Source: Polyangiaceae bacterium (GTDB lineage: Bacteria > Myxococcota_A > Polyangia > Polyangiales > Polyangiaceae). Taken from it: a stretch of 64,000 bases of DNA. Position 1 is the stretch's first letter; every line of letters begins with the position of its first letter. A program made the position numbers and the translations under genes. Positions 45,654 through 54,536 of this stretch are shown here, piece by piece. The notes beneath the pieces are model-generated. The model saw only the letters and a program-made list of their open reading frames with translations. It was not told where the DNA came from and made no database searches. The stretch is taken from contig JBILLK010000004.1 of the NCBI GenBank assembly GCA_044376115.1, positions 256,001 through 320,000 of the forward strand, in the 5' to 3' direction.

Positions 45654-46838
45654 TTATTTGTCGTCCTCGTCGTCCTCGTCCTCGTCGTCCTCGTCGTCCT
45701 CGTCGTCGTCCTCGTCCTCGTCGTCCTCGTCGTCGTCCTCGTCCTCGTCGTCCTCGTCGTCCTCGTCGTCCTCGTCGTGCTCGTCGTCCTCGTCGTCCTC
45801 GTCGTCCTCGTCGTCCTCGTCGTCCTCGTCGTCTTCTTCAGACGAAGGCTCAGGGTCCGCTGGCAGCAATTCCGCACCATCCGGTTCGGCTTCCTTCGCC
45901 GGTTCAGGGTCCTCGAAGTCGGCCTGATTGGGTCGCACCGGCGGGGCCGCAAACTCTACCGGCGGTTCTCCCGCCGGCGGCTCAACGAGCACCGGCGTGG
46001 CTGTCTCTGAGTCCTCCGACAGCGATTCCTCCGAGTCCTCGGACTCCGGCTCCTCCGGCTCCTCGGGCTCTTGAGACTCTTGCGCCTCGAGTTGCCCTTC
46101 CCCACCCGCAAAACCGCCCGGATCAGCGCTTAGCGGAGCCTCTTCACCAAGCTCGCGCTGATAGGTGATGCGCGACTCCTCGGACAGCTCGGTGAACTCG
46201 CGCAGCGTCGGCAAGTCGGCTAGTGACTTGAGACCAAAGAACTCGAGGAACTGGGGCGTGGTTCCATAGATCAGCGGACGCCCCGGTTCGTCCCTCTTGC
46301 CAAGGATCTTGACCAGATCCCGGTCCAACAGCGCCTTCAACACAGCGCCCGAATCAACGCCGCGTACGTCGTCTATCTCGGGTCGCGTGATGGGCTGGCG
46401 ATAGGCAAGGATTGCGAGCGTTTCGATTTGGGCGCGCGTCATCTTGATCGGCTTGCGCGCCGATAGCTCGCGGACGAACGGCGAGTATCGCGGGCTCGTC
46501 CGAAACACGTAGCCTCCCGCGATCTCCTCTAAGCGAATCCCTCGGTCCACGTAGAAAGCAGCGAGCGTCTCAATCGCAGACTTAACGGCCCTTCGGTCTG
46601 CGGAGGCGATGCGCGCAATATCCGAGAGACTCAGCGGCTTATCGGACGCGAAGATAACCGCCTCGACCACCCCGCGAAGATGGGCGCGTATCTTTTCCGC
46701 CTGCTCCGCAGCGATCGCGGCAGCGATGGCGGCATCTCGTTCGCCTACGGCCTCGCTCTTTCGGAAGCGTTGAAACCACTTCCAGGCGCGGGTCTGAAAT
46801 TCGCGCGGCGTTCTAGCAACTTCGTGAGCCAAGCTCAT
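45654..46838 (-). CDS. scpB: Segregation and condensation protein B with acidic tail
   Basis: VEAVIFAS, ETLAILAYRQPITRPEIDDVRGV and PGRPLIYGTTPQFLEFFGLKSLADLP. Confidence 0.95.
   Translation of the reverse strand: MSLAHEVARTPREFQTRAWKWFQRFRKSEAVGERDAAIAAAIAAEQAEKIRAHLRGVVEAVIFASDKPLSLSDIARIASADRRAVKSAIETLAAFYVDRGIRLEEIAGGYVFRTSPRYSPFVRELSARKPIKMTRAQIETLAILAYRQPITRPEIDDVRGVDSGAVLKALLDRDLVKILGKRDEPGRPLIYGTTPQFLEFFGLKSLADLPTLREFTELSEESRITYQRELGEEAPLSADPGGFAGGEGQLEAQESQEPEEPEEPESEDSEESLSEDSETATPVLVEPPAGEPPVEFAAPPVRPNQADFEDPEPAKEAEPDGAELLPADPEPSSEEDDEDDEDDEDDEDDEDDEHDEDDEDDEDDEDEDDDEDDEDEDDDEDDEDDEDEDDEDDK
45660..45838. repeat. Coding microsatellite-like (TCGTCCTCG)n encoding the poly-Asp/Glu tail of ScpB
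   Basis: Direct reading: about 60 D/E codons interrupted by one His. Confidence 0.95.
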
Positions 46839-48409
46839 TCAATTCCCTTCTCAAGCGCACCTTCGAGATCTTGCGCCGCAGTCGCCCCGCCCTCTGCAGA
46901 TTCCAAAACCGCCGCACCGAAGCTTTGCCCAAGCTGGTTTAAATCCGAGGCGCCTTCGACTGCAACAGCCTCGGGCTCAACGGCAACGGCCTCTTCAACC
47001 GCAACAGCCTCGGGCTCGGGCTCTACCGCAACGGCCTCTTCAACCGCAGCGGCCTCTTCAACCGCAACAGCCTCGGGCTCAGGCTCTACCGCAGCGGCCT
47101 CTTCAACCGGCTCAGCGACCTCTTCAACCGCAGCGGCCTCTTCAACCGCAACAGCCTCGGGCTCGGGCTCTACCGCAACGGCCTCTTCAACCGCAGCGGC
47201 CTCTTCAACCGCAACAGCCTCGGGCTCGGGCTCTACCGCAGCGGCCTCTTCAACCGCAGCGGCCTCTTCAACCGCAACAGCCTCGGGCTCGGGCTCTACC
47301 GCAACGGCCTCTTCAACCGCAGCGGCCTCGGGCTCTACCGCCTCAACCTCTGAGGCCGCAGCCTGGCCAATCGCATCCCGCAGATCCCGCTCCGCCTTAT
47401 CAGCCGCAATCTCCGAACGCACCGCCGTCTCGAGTTCCTCGGACGTTGGCCACGCGGGGGATGAGCCCTCCCCGTCTTCGTCCTCGTTCACCACCAGAAG
47501 CTCAACGTGAATTCTCGAAAGAGCGTCCACTTGAAACACCCGCATCATCTTCATTCGGCACATCTCGAGGATGGCCAGGAAGGTGATCACGAGATCGAAG
47601 CGGGTCGGCGTTCTGCCTTCGGTGACAAAAATGTCCTCGAACGCAATCGTGCGCCGCTGCTGAAGCACCTCGGTCAGTTCAACGATCCGCTCGGTGATGC
47701 CGATGCGATCGAAGACCACCTCATGGTCCATCTTGACCTTGGACTTCTCGAGCAGCTTCTTGAACGCCCCTAGCAGGTCGTGAACCCCAAACGGAGCAAA
47801 CGGAGCGGGGCCGTCAGAGCGAGTCTCGTCAACCGCTCCTCGTGGGAAGACCGAGGTGCCCAGGGTATCGCGAGAGACAAGAGTTTCGCCGGCGGCTTTG
47901 TAGCGCTGGTACTCGAGCAGGCGGCGCACGAGCTCTGCGCGTGGATCGAGCTCCTCTTCCTCTTCTTCCCCGTTGGCCTGCAAGGTCGGGTCGTCGGGCA
48001 GCAACATCCGGCTCTTGATCAGGGTCAGTGTTGCAGCCATCACGAGGTACTCGCTAGCGACGTCAATCGCTAGCGACTGCATCACTTTGAGGTACTCGAG
48101 GTACTTCTCCGTCACGAACCCCATGGGGATGTCCATGATGTCGAGTTCGTGCTTTTGGATGATCTCGAGCAACAGGTCGAGCGGGCCCTCGAAGGTGGGC
48201 AAGCTCACCACGTACGCGTCCTTGGGGACCTCATCGAGGTCCACGACCCGAACCGGAGCTGCCGGCGTCGATGACCCCTGAGTGCGCGCGGAATGCCCAG
48301 TTTGGGCTAATCCAGGCCCGACCGGCGGGTCGGCCGCCCCGGAGCGCGCGGGATCAGCGTCGCGCTTACCAGCGGCGGCGCGTTTCTTTTTTCCTCGAGC
48401 GTGCTTCAC
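46835..48409 (-). CDS. scpA: Segregation and condensation protein A with repetitive acidic C-terminal extension
   Basis: FEGPLDLLL, ASEYLVMAATL..IKSRMLLP, DPRAELVRRLLEYQRYK and VITFLAILE. Confidence 0.95.
   Translation of the reverse strand: MKHARGKKKRAAAGKRDADPARSGAADPPVGPGLAQTGHSARTQGSSTPAAPVRVVDLDEVPKDAYVVSLPTFEGPLDLLLEIIQKHELDIMDIPMGFVTEKYLEYLKVMQSLAIDVASEYLVMAATLTLIKSRMLLPDDPTLQANGEEEEEELDPRAELVRRLLEYQRYKAAGETLVSRDTLGTSVFPRGAVDETRSDGPAPFAPFGVHDLLGAFKKLLEKSKVKMDHEVVFDRIGITERIVELTEVLQQRRTIAFEDIFVTEGRTPTRFDLVITFLAILEMCRMKMMRVFQVDALSRIHVELLVVNEDEDGEGSSPAWPTSEELETAVRSEIAADKAERDLRDAIGQAAASEVEAVEPEAAAVEEAVAVEPEPEAVAVEEAAAVEEAAAVEPEPEAVAVEEAAAVEEAVAVEPEPEAVAVEEAAAVEEVAEPVEEAAAVEPEPEAVAVEEAAAVEEAVAVEPEPEAVAVEEAVAVEPEAVAVEGASDLNQLGQSFGAAVLESAEGGATAAQDLEGALEKGIE
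46955..47350. repeat. Coding tandem repeat (18-bp modules in a ~63-bp higher-order unit) in scpA
   Basis: Repeated CTCTTCAACCGCAGCGGC / CTCGGGCTCGGGCTCTACCGC encoding EPEPEAVAVEEAAAVEEAVAV-like units. Confidence 0.93.
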
Positions 48410-48509
48410 GGGCGTCTGGAGCGGCCGACCCTATAACGGATGCCCCGTCCGGTCACCCCCCGAGATCGCTCTCCAGGACGGAGGCGCAGCTGCTAGAGTG
48501 CAGCGACGA

Positions 48510-50642
48510 ATGGCCGGTGCGGGAAAGGCATGCGCGGCGTGTGGCGGACACTACGGTCCGGAGGTTTTGTTTTGCCCGCTGGACGGAAATCCTCTGTCGA
48601 GACGAGCACCCGGGATGTCCTCCCCCGGCGATCCGGACCCGTACCTCAACCTGGAGCTACCTGGGCAGATCAGCATCCAGGCGTTGGTCGGTATTGGATC
48701 GATGGGTCGCGTCTATCGGGCCTTCCAAGCCGGCGTTGATCGGGACGTCGCGGTAAAGATTCTTCATCGTGAGCTGGTCGGAAATCCCGAGCTCGTAGGC
48801 CGCTTCCACCGCGAGGCGAAGATCGCCAGCAAGCTCCTTCACCCGAACGTCGTGCAAGCCCTGATGACGGGCAGTCTAAGCAACGAGCCAGGGAGAACCG
48901 CTGGTGAGGTTTACCTGGTGATGGAGTTCCTAGACGGGATCTCGCTCCTCTCCGCGCTGGCGGCACAAGGTGAAGGGGGTGCACTTCCACTTGCCCGTAC
49001 TCTTCATATCGTGCTGCAGATCTGCGAGGCCGTCGGCGAGGCTCACACCGCAGGGATCATTCACCGCGATCTCAAGCCAGACAACATCATGCTCGTGCGC
49101 CGCTCGGAGGACCCTGACTTCGTCAAGATCCTCGACTTTGGGATCGCGAAGCTGGATTCGAGTTTTGATGGCTCATCGACCCAAGCGGGACGCATTTTTG
49201 GCACGGCCAAGTACATTTCGCCGGAAGGCGCCGAGGGCAAGTTGGTAGGGCCCCAAGCGGACGTCTACTCAATCGCTACCGTGCTCTACCAATGCCTTGC
49301 GGGCCGAACACCGTTTGACGGTGAGTCGCCGATGACCGTGCTGATGCAACAGATCAACGGGGAGCCCGTTGAGCTTCGCTCCATCGAGCGCGCAGCCTAC
49401 GTACCCGAGGCAATCGCGAAGGTGGTCATGCAGAACCTTTCGAAAGACCCGGAACGACGAGCCGAAAACGCCAAAGTACTGGGGCGCGATTTGAGTCAAG
49501 CGGCGCGCGAAGCCGGCCTTCATCTCGACTCATTCGCTGGCCTTCCGAAGGGAGACCTGCGGCTCATCTCGATGCAGCGCACTCGGCAGCACGAGTTCAC
49601 TCCGGAGCTCAAAGCAACGATTGCTGCGGCCAACGTATCGAAAGGCGGCCGAGTCACCCAGCTCGTGGATCCGCCGCCCTCGAGCGCAGGGCATGGCCCG
49701 CCTCCGGCCCCGCCACCTCCGTCGAGCCCCCACGTCGACGACACGATTCACCTCGAGAACGTACCCGTGTCAGAACGCGACGCGGGGTCGAGTCGACCAG
49801 GCGGGACCGTGCTCGAGGAGGCCTCCGACACCATCCACGGCTCGCTCGAATCGCCCGAAAAAAGCGACGTTCTCGGCGATCTTCGCGCACGCGGTTTGCT
49901 GGCGAAGCCAGGTCCCACGATGCCTGGGGCGCCGGTCGAGGTAAGCGCCTCGCCAACCATGGTCGACGCCAAAGTGGAACCCGCCGTCGCGCCGGCGCCA
50001 CCCGCTTCAGCGCAAAACCAAGAGGGGCCACGGCCGCCTTCAAAGACGTTTCGCATACTCGCCGTGGGCTTCGCGTTGCTGCTTCCGGTTGCGGTGGTAG
50101 CCGGGGTTCGTGTGGCGCAGAACCGCACGGCGTCGATCGAGCTCGAGCGTCAGGATCGGATTGACGCTGCGACGTCAGCGCTCGCACGAAGGGCGTGGGC
50201 TGCGCCGCCCGGCGCCAACGTGAAGGACCTTACGGGCGAGATGCTGGTGCGCGATCCGCAAGACCAAGAAGCGCTCGACATCCGGCGCCAAGCCGCTGAG
50301 CAAATCATGAGCGAGGCGTTGCAACGGAAGTTTGAGGGAGCTCGCGAGCAGGCGCTCACGCTCGCGAAGCTGGCACAAGAGCTTGCGCCGGAGCTAAAGA
50401 GCGCGGAAGTCGTGATTGCGGAGCTCGAGAAACTCTCCGCCTCGACCTCCGCGCCGCCCTCGGCCTCGGCGCCGCCAGTCGCCGAACCAAAGCCCTCAGC
50501 GAAGTCAGGTCGGCCCGAACCCAAGCCTGGCCCAGCCACGAGTACCAAGCCTTCGGCTTCCACCCCCACCGAGTCGATCGATCCTCCGCCGGCGCCAGAT
50601 CTCGTGCCGCCCCCCCCCAATTCCACGGGTAAATGGCTGTGA
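48510..50642 (+). CDS. Hanks-type Ser/Thr kinase with zinc ribbon, TM and periplasmic helical/Pro-rich region
   Basis: CAAC...CPLDG, GIGSMGRVY, HRDLKPDN, DFG and SPE; TM ILAVGFALLLPVAVVAGV. Confidence 0.93.
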   Translation: MAGAGKACAACGGHYGPEVLFCPLDGNPLSRRAPGMSSPGDPDPYLNLELPGQISIQALVGIGSMGRVYRAFQAGVDRDVAVKILHRELVGNPELVGRFHREAKIASKLLHPNVVQALMTGSLSNEPGRTAGEVYLVMEFLDGISLLSALAAQGEGGALPLARTLHIVLQICEAVGEAHTAGIIHRDLKPDNIMLVRRSEDPDFVKILDFGIAKLDSSFDGSSTQAGRIFGTAKYISPEGAEGKLVGPQADVYSIATVLYQCLAGRTPFDGESPMTVLMQQINGEPVELRSIERAAYVPEAIAKVVMQNLSKDPERRAENAKVLGRDLSQAAREAGLHLDSFAGLPKGDLRLISMQRTRQHEFTPELKATIAAANVSKGGRVTQLVDPPPSSAGHGPPPAPPPPSSPHVDDTIHLENVPVSERDAGSSRPGGTVLEEASDTIHGSLESPEKSDVLGDLRARGLLAKPGPTMPGAPVEVSASPTMVDAKVEPAVAPAPPASAQNQEGPRPPSKTFRILAVGFALLLPVAVVAGVRVAQNRTASIELERQDRIDAATSALARRAWAAPPGANVKDLTGEMLVRDPQDQEALDIRRQAAEQIMSEALQRKFEGAREQALTLAKLAQELAPELKSAEVVIAELEKLSASTSAPPSASAPPVAEPKPSAKSGRPEPKPGPATSTKPSASTPTESIDPPPAPDLVPPPPNSTGKWL

Positions 50643-51367
50643 GATTCGCCAATGCGCTGTTGACCTTGCTGGGCGTTGCAATCCCGTGTGCGTCGGCTCG
50701 GGCAGAAGATACGTCGCGCGCCGAGGGCCGGGCGCTAGCCGCTCGAGAACGTGGATTGCCGCTCACCGTCGTGGAACTGGACGTTGGAATCATCGCGTTG
50801 CCAGCGGCGGAGGTGTGCCCCGGTTCAATCGACGACTGCTCCACAGGGGAGGTAAGCCTGGGGCTTGGCTTGCGGAATCTCTATGAGTTCGGCGCAGTCG
50901 GCGTTGGAGCAGGCATCGTCTGGGGCACCACGCTGCGAACGGATGAAGCCCGTGGGGACCCGACGCTCTTGCGGGAGCACTCTCGGCGCTACTTCCTGGT
51001 GGAGACGCTCTTCCGCTATTCCTACCTCAAACTCCCGGACGCCGAGGCGTGGGTGGGCACGTGTTTGGGGCTGGTGAGCATCCGCGACGCGTGGCTCGTC
51101 GACAAGGATCGCAACCCACCGAGCGACGTGAAGTTTGTGGGTCCTGACGCGCTAGTGGTCGGGTCGGAGGGCCTCGCCGTTTCGCTGGCCGCTGGCGGAT
51201 CCTACATTTTTGCTGACAATTTCGCGGTTGGCGGGACCTTTCGCTACGGCAACTGGGTGCTCCCAGGGGAGCCCAATACCTCCTCGTTGGGAGACGTTGC
51301 CTCCCTTTCCGGGCGCGTCGACGTGTTCGACCTTGTGGCCACTGTCGCCTACAGACTCGCGCTCTGA
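50633..51367 (+). CDS. Putative outer-membrane beta-barrel protein
   Basis: Signal peptide, amphipathic strands and terminal VATVAYRLAL; overlaps the kinase stop. Confidence 0.6.
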   Translation: MAVRFANALLTLLGVAIPCASARAEDTSRAEGRALAARERGLPLTVVELDVGIIALPAAEVCPGSIDDCSTGEVSLGLGLRNLYEFGAVGVGAGIVWGTTLRTDEARGDPTLLREHSRRYFLVETLFRYSYLKLPDAEAWVGTCLGLVSIRDAWLVDKDRNPPSDVKFVGPDALVVGSEGLAVSLAAGGSYIFADNFAVGGTFRYGNWVLPGEPNTSSLGDVASLSGRVDVFDLVATVAYRLAL

Positions 51368-51369
51368 CA

Positions 51370-51399
51370 TTGACACAGCCTGCCCGTGTCAGTAGCCAT
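51370..51399 (+). promoter_or_regulatory. Candidate promoter with overlapping palindromic operator upstream of the hydratase
   Basis: TTGACA at 51370-51375 overlapping the inverted repeat TGACAC-N9-GTGTCA (51371-51391). Confidence 0.45.
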
Positions 51400-51407
51400 C
51401 GCTCGCC

Positions 51408-52256
51408 ATGGGCTTGGATCCGAGCACTGTCGAATGGAAGAGCAAAGAGCACCGTCTGGCCTATGACTGGCGGACGCTTGCGACTTACGCGCTAGGTGTG
51501 GGCGCCAAGCGGGAGGAGCTGCCGTTCCTCTACGAGAAGACGCCAGACGGGATGAAGGTCCTGCCAAGCTTTGCTGTCGTTCCGGCCCATGAGGCCGTAC
51601 TGGAGTGTCTCGTCCACACCGGCGGCGACCTAGCGATGGTGGTGCATGGCGGCCAAGTCGTTAAGGCTCACCGCCCGATCGCTGCCGAAGGCACACTCGA
51701 AACGACGGCATCGATTCGCGCGATTTACGACTTGAAGAAGTTCGCCCAAGTCGTCGTGGATTCGCGAACGACCCAAGCGGGCGAGCTCGTATTCGAGACC
51801 ACCTGGTCGATCATTTTCCGTGGCGCCGGTGGCTTCAGTGGGCCCCGACCTCCTGCCGACCCCGGCCCGGCAGTCCCCAAGGACCGAGTGGCGACCTTTC
51901 GACGCGAGGAGAGGACCTCTCCAGAGCAGGCGCTGCTGTATCGAATCTCGGGAGACGTGAACCCGCTTCACGCAGACCCCGCTTTCGCGGCCAGCGTAGG
52001 TTTTGAGCAGGGGCCCATCCTGCACGGGCTTGCGACCTTCGGCTTTCTAACGCGAGCGGTGGTACTAGGCCCCTGCGGCGGCGACCCCGGAAAGTTGCGC
52101 AAGATCGCCGCGCAGTTCCGTAAGCCCGTGTGGCCAGGGGAGACGTTGGTCACGAGTGGCTGGGACCTTGGTGGCGGAAAGTATGTGCTCACCACCGAGG
52201 TGCAAGAGCGCAACGAGACCGTCCTAGCCAACACCTACGCTGAGATATCCAACTAA
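51408..52256 (+). CDS. MaoC-family double hot-dog (R)-enoyl-CoA hydratase
   Basis: YALGVGA, YRISGDVNPLHADP, ILHGLATFG and FRKPVWPGETL. Confidence 0.92.
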   Translation: MGLDPSTVEWKSKEHRLAYDWRTLATYALGVGAKREELPFLYEKTPDGMKVLPSFAVVPAHEAVLECLVHTGGDLAMVVHGGQVVKAHRPIAAEGTLETTASIRAIYDLKKFAQVVVDSRTTQAGELVFETTWSIIFRGAGGFSGPRPPADPGPAVPKDRVATFRREERTSPEQALLYRISGDVNPLHADPAFAASVGFEQGPILHGLATFGFLTRAVVLGPCGGDPGKLRKIAAQFRKPVWPGETLVTSGWDLGGGKYVLTTEVQERNETVLANTYAEISN

Positions 52257-52307
52257 CTTATTGAGGCATTCGCCTCGCTTTCGTTCGCACAGGGAGACGA
52301 AGACCAG

Positions 52308-53102
52308 ATGGCTAGACAAGCCGATGCCGCGAGCAAACCAAGCGCCTCGAAATCCAAGCCCGTGAAGTCCTCAGAGGAGGAGGCCAAGAAGCGCGCAGCC
52401 CTCGAGGCTGAGGAGGAAGAGGACGAGTTCGAAGAGGGAGACGAGGAGGAGGACGAAGAAGACGAGGAAGACGTTGAAGACGCGCCTCGCCCAATCGCAG
52501 CCAGCTCCAAACGTCCTGAAGCGGCAGAAGATCCGAGCTGGTGGTTGCCTCACGCAATCCTCGGAACGCTGGTGATGGTGGGCGTGCTCGGCTTCTTCGG
52601 TCTGTTCACCAACTTGCTCGGTCCAACCTGGGCCAAGGTCAAACGAACCCCAGCCGCAAGTTCGTCAGCAGCGCCGAGCGCTAGCGCGGCTGCAGCGCCA
52701 ACTCCGAAGTCGGCAGCGCCAGCAGCCCCCACGGCGGCTCCGAGGCCTTCTGCCGTTGCGAAGCCGTCCGCCGTGGACCCCAACCCGACTTTTGGCGCAC
52801 GCCGCATCCTAGTCGCCTACAAGGGCGCAAAGAACTCGCAGGCAACCCGCACCAAGGAGGAAGCCAAAGCGCGAGCCGAAGCGGCGGCCAAGAAGCTCAG
52901 CAGCGGCGCCAAGTTTGAGGAGGTCGCGGCAGAGTTCTCCGACGACGCGGGCTCCAAATCAACGGGCGGCAACCTTGGTCGCTTCAAACGAGATGCCTAC
53001 GACGCGAGCCTGACGCAAACGGTCGAGAAGCTTCAGGTCGGCGGAACCAGCGCGGTGTTCGAGTCTCCGTTCGGTTTTGAATTGGTCACGCGCACGGAGT
53101 AG
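52308..53102 (+). CDS. Membrane-anchored parvulin (PpiC-type rotamase) domain protein
   Basis: Acidic N-terminus, TM, Ala/Pro linker; RTKEEA, FEEVAAEFSDD, GGNLG and ESPFGF. Confidence 0.85.
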   Translation: MARQADAASKPSASKSKPVKSSEEEAKKRAALEAEEEEDEFEEGDEEEDEEDEEDVEDAPRPIAASSKRPEAAEDPSWWLPHAILGTLVMVGVLGFFGLFTNLLGPTWAKVKRTPAASSSAAPSASAAAAPTPKSAAPAAPTAAPRPSAVAKPSAVDPNPTFGARRILVAYKGAKNSQATRTKEEAKARAEAAAKKLSSGAKFEEVAAEFSDDAGSKSTGGNLGRFKRDAYDASLTQTVEKLQVGGTSAVFESPFGFELVTRTE

Positions 53103-53123
53103 CTGGCGCAGCTGCGGCCGCTC

Positions 53124-53159
53124 AATGGCTGGAGGAGGGCTTGCCCTCCTTCAGCCATT
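53124..53159. terminator. Probable bidirectional terminator hairpin
   Basis: 16-bp stem AATGGCTGGAGGAGGG / CCCTCCTTCAGCCATT (one G-T) with a CTTG loop, between convergent genes. Confidence 0.7.
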
Positions 53160-53201
53160 TTGCTTCATAGACCAAGCGCGGCCATCACCGTCAATCGCGT
53201 C

Positions 53202-54287
53202 TCAGCGCAACAGGCCAGCTGCCTTCTCGGCTTTCTCGGCCAGCGTCAGCGACACCTTCGCGCGCTCCTCCGCGGTAGCCCCAGCGCGAAGGACCCGAGG
53301 TTCATCCTGCACCACGATCAGCATGGCGCCCTTTCGAACCGCCAAAGCCTCCACCTCTACGTCGCCGTCCTTGAACACGCCACTCAGCACCTCGTCAGCG
53401 CCGGAAACGGTCGGGCCTTCGTTTGGTTTGATCGCGCCGCCAAACTTCTTCAGCCAACGTTGGGAAGCTTCGGCCGTATCGCTCAACCGAGCGAAGCGAA
53501 ACCGCCTTCCGCGATCGCTGTAGTAGCGCATCCCGAAGCGGCCGGGCCCCTTGGCAAACGGGAACGCGTCCTCCAAGACCAGGCGAAAGCCGCTTGGGAC
53601 CTGGTCCTTGGATGGCAACAGCTTCACGTCATCCGGCCACTCCGTGTCGGCCTTTACGCGCTCAGCGATGTTCTTGGTGAGCTCCGGAACAATCGCAGCA
53701 GCGGCCTTCGCCAAGGCATCTGGGGCGGCCTTATCGTCGTTGTAGACGATCTCGAATAGCCATTCGCCTTGCCAAAGATAGGCGTTCCCCGTGCCGACCG
53801 CAGCCGCACCTTGAACGGCAAGAGGCTGTGCCGTGGCGTCATCAGCCGGGTCACCATCCCCTGTGACTCTCTTCGTGAACATCGCGAAGGCAAACTCCTT
53901 CGATGCAAACTTCGACACGAGGAGATCAATGGTCGCTGGGGACGTGGTCGACACATAACGAAACTGCGTGACGCGTCGAACCTGGTGACGGTGGTAAACC
54001 TCCGCTTCGCCGTCGAAGAAATCAGAGAGGTTTTCAAGACGCTCCTTCGTCCCCTCGCCCACCGCTCGCCCGCCGTCTTCGTCGAGGCAAAACGACCCCA
54101 CCTTGGCAGGGAAGAACCCTTTCGTCACTGGGTCCGAAATCTCGCCGCGCGAACAGGCGGACGCCGCAGACGCGGAGCCTGCCGGAGGGGGAGGCGGTGC
54201 CCTTCGATCGGCGCTAGGCGCGCTCTCGCTCGAGCAGGCTGCGTGGAGCGAGACCAGAAGGAACCCACAACAAGCTGTGCGTCGCAT
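53202..54287 (-). CDS. Lipoprotein of unknown function (DUF6599-like)
   Basis: Lipobox HAAC; LSDFFDGEAEVY and AFAMF...YLWQG segments. Confidence 0.65.
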   Translation of the reverse strand: MRRTACCGFLLVSLHAACSSESAPSADRRAPPPPPAGSASAASACSRGEISDPVTKGFFPAKVGSFCLDEDGGRAVGEGTKERLENLSDFFDGEAEVYHRHQVRRVTQFRYVSTTSPATIDLLVSKFASKEFAFAMFTKRVTGDGDPADDATAQPLAVQGAAAVGTGNAYLWQGEWLFEIVYNDDKAAPDALAKAAAAIVPELTKNIAERVKADTEWPDDVKLLPSKDQVPSGFRLVLEDAFPFAKGPGRFGMRYYSDRGRRFRFARLSDTAEASQRWLKKFGGAIKPNEGPTVSGADEVLSGVFKDGDVEVEALAVRKGAMLIVVQDEPRVLRAGATAEERAKVSLTLAEKAEKAAGLLR

Positions 54288-54509
54288 ACCGCCCTGCTAG
54301 TGCGACGGCGTCCTCCAAACAATCCCCCAGAGTCGGTTGCAACAATTTGCGTAGTCACGCAAAAGACTGCGGTAGGTCTTCAGCCAACGATGAGCACGGC
54401 CGCCGAGTAGAGGGACACACTACCCTCCGATTGCGCGGCCCAGAACATATTCTGGCATTCTGACACTGCATTCTGGCCCAGAAGACATCCATCGACCGAT
54501 AGGTTTGCT

Positions 54510-54525
54510 AGGCACAGGCTGTGCA
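54510..54525 (+). promoter_or_regulatory. Candidate sigma54 (-24/-12) promoter of the minor pilin operon
   Basis: AGGCAC-AGGCT-GTGCA, with GG at 54511-54512 and GC at 54523-54524 (GG-N10-GC). Confidence 0.5.
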
Positions 54526-54536
54526 GGGGCGGTTGC

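Noticed and set aside
45644..46168. Poly-Arg/Pro, poly-Ser and poly-Val/Leu ORFs
   Set aside because: Alternative frames of the scpB acidic repeat.
46955..47350. Possible CRISPR array
   Set aside because: Units are multiples of 3, lack unique spacers and lie in frame inside scpA; there are no cas genes in the window.
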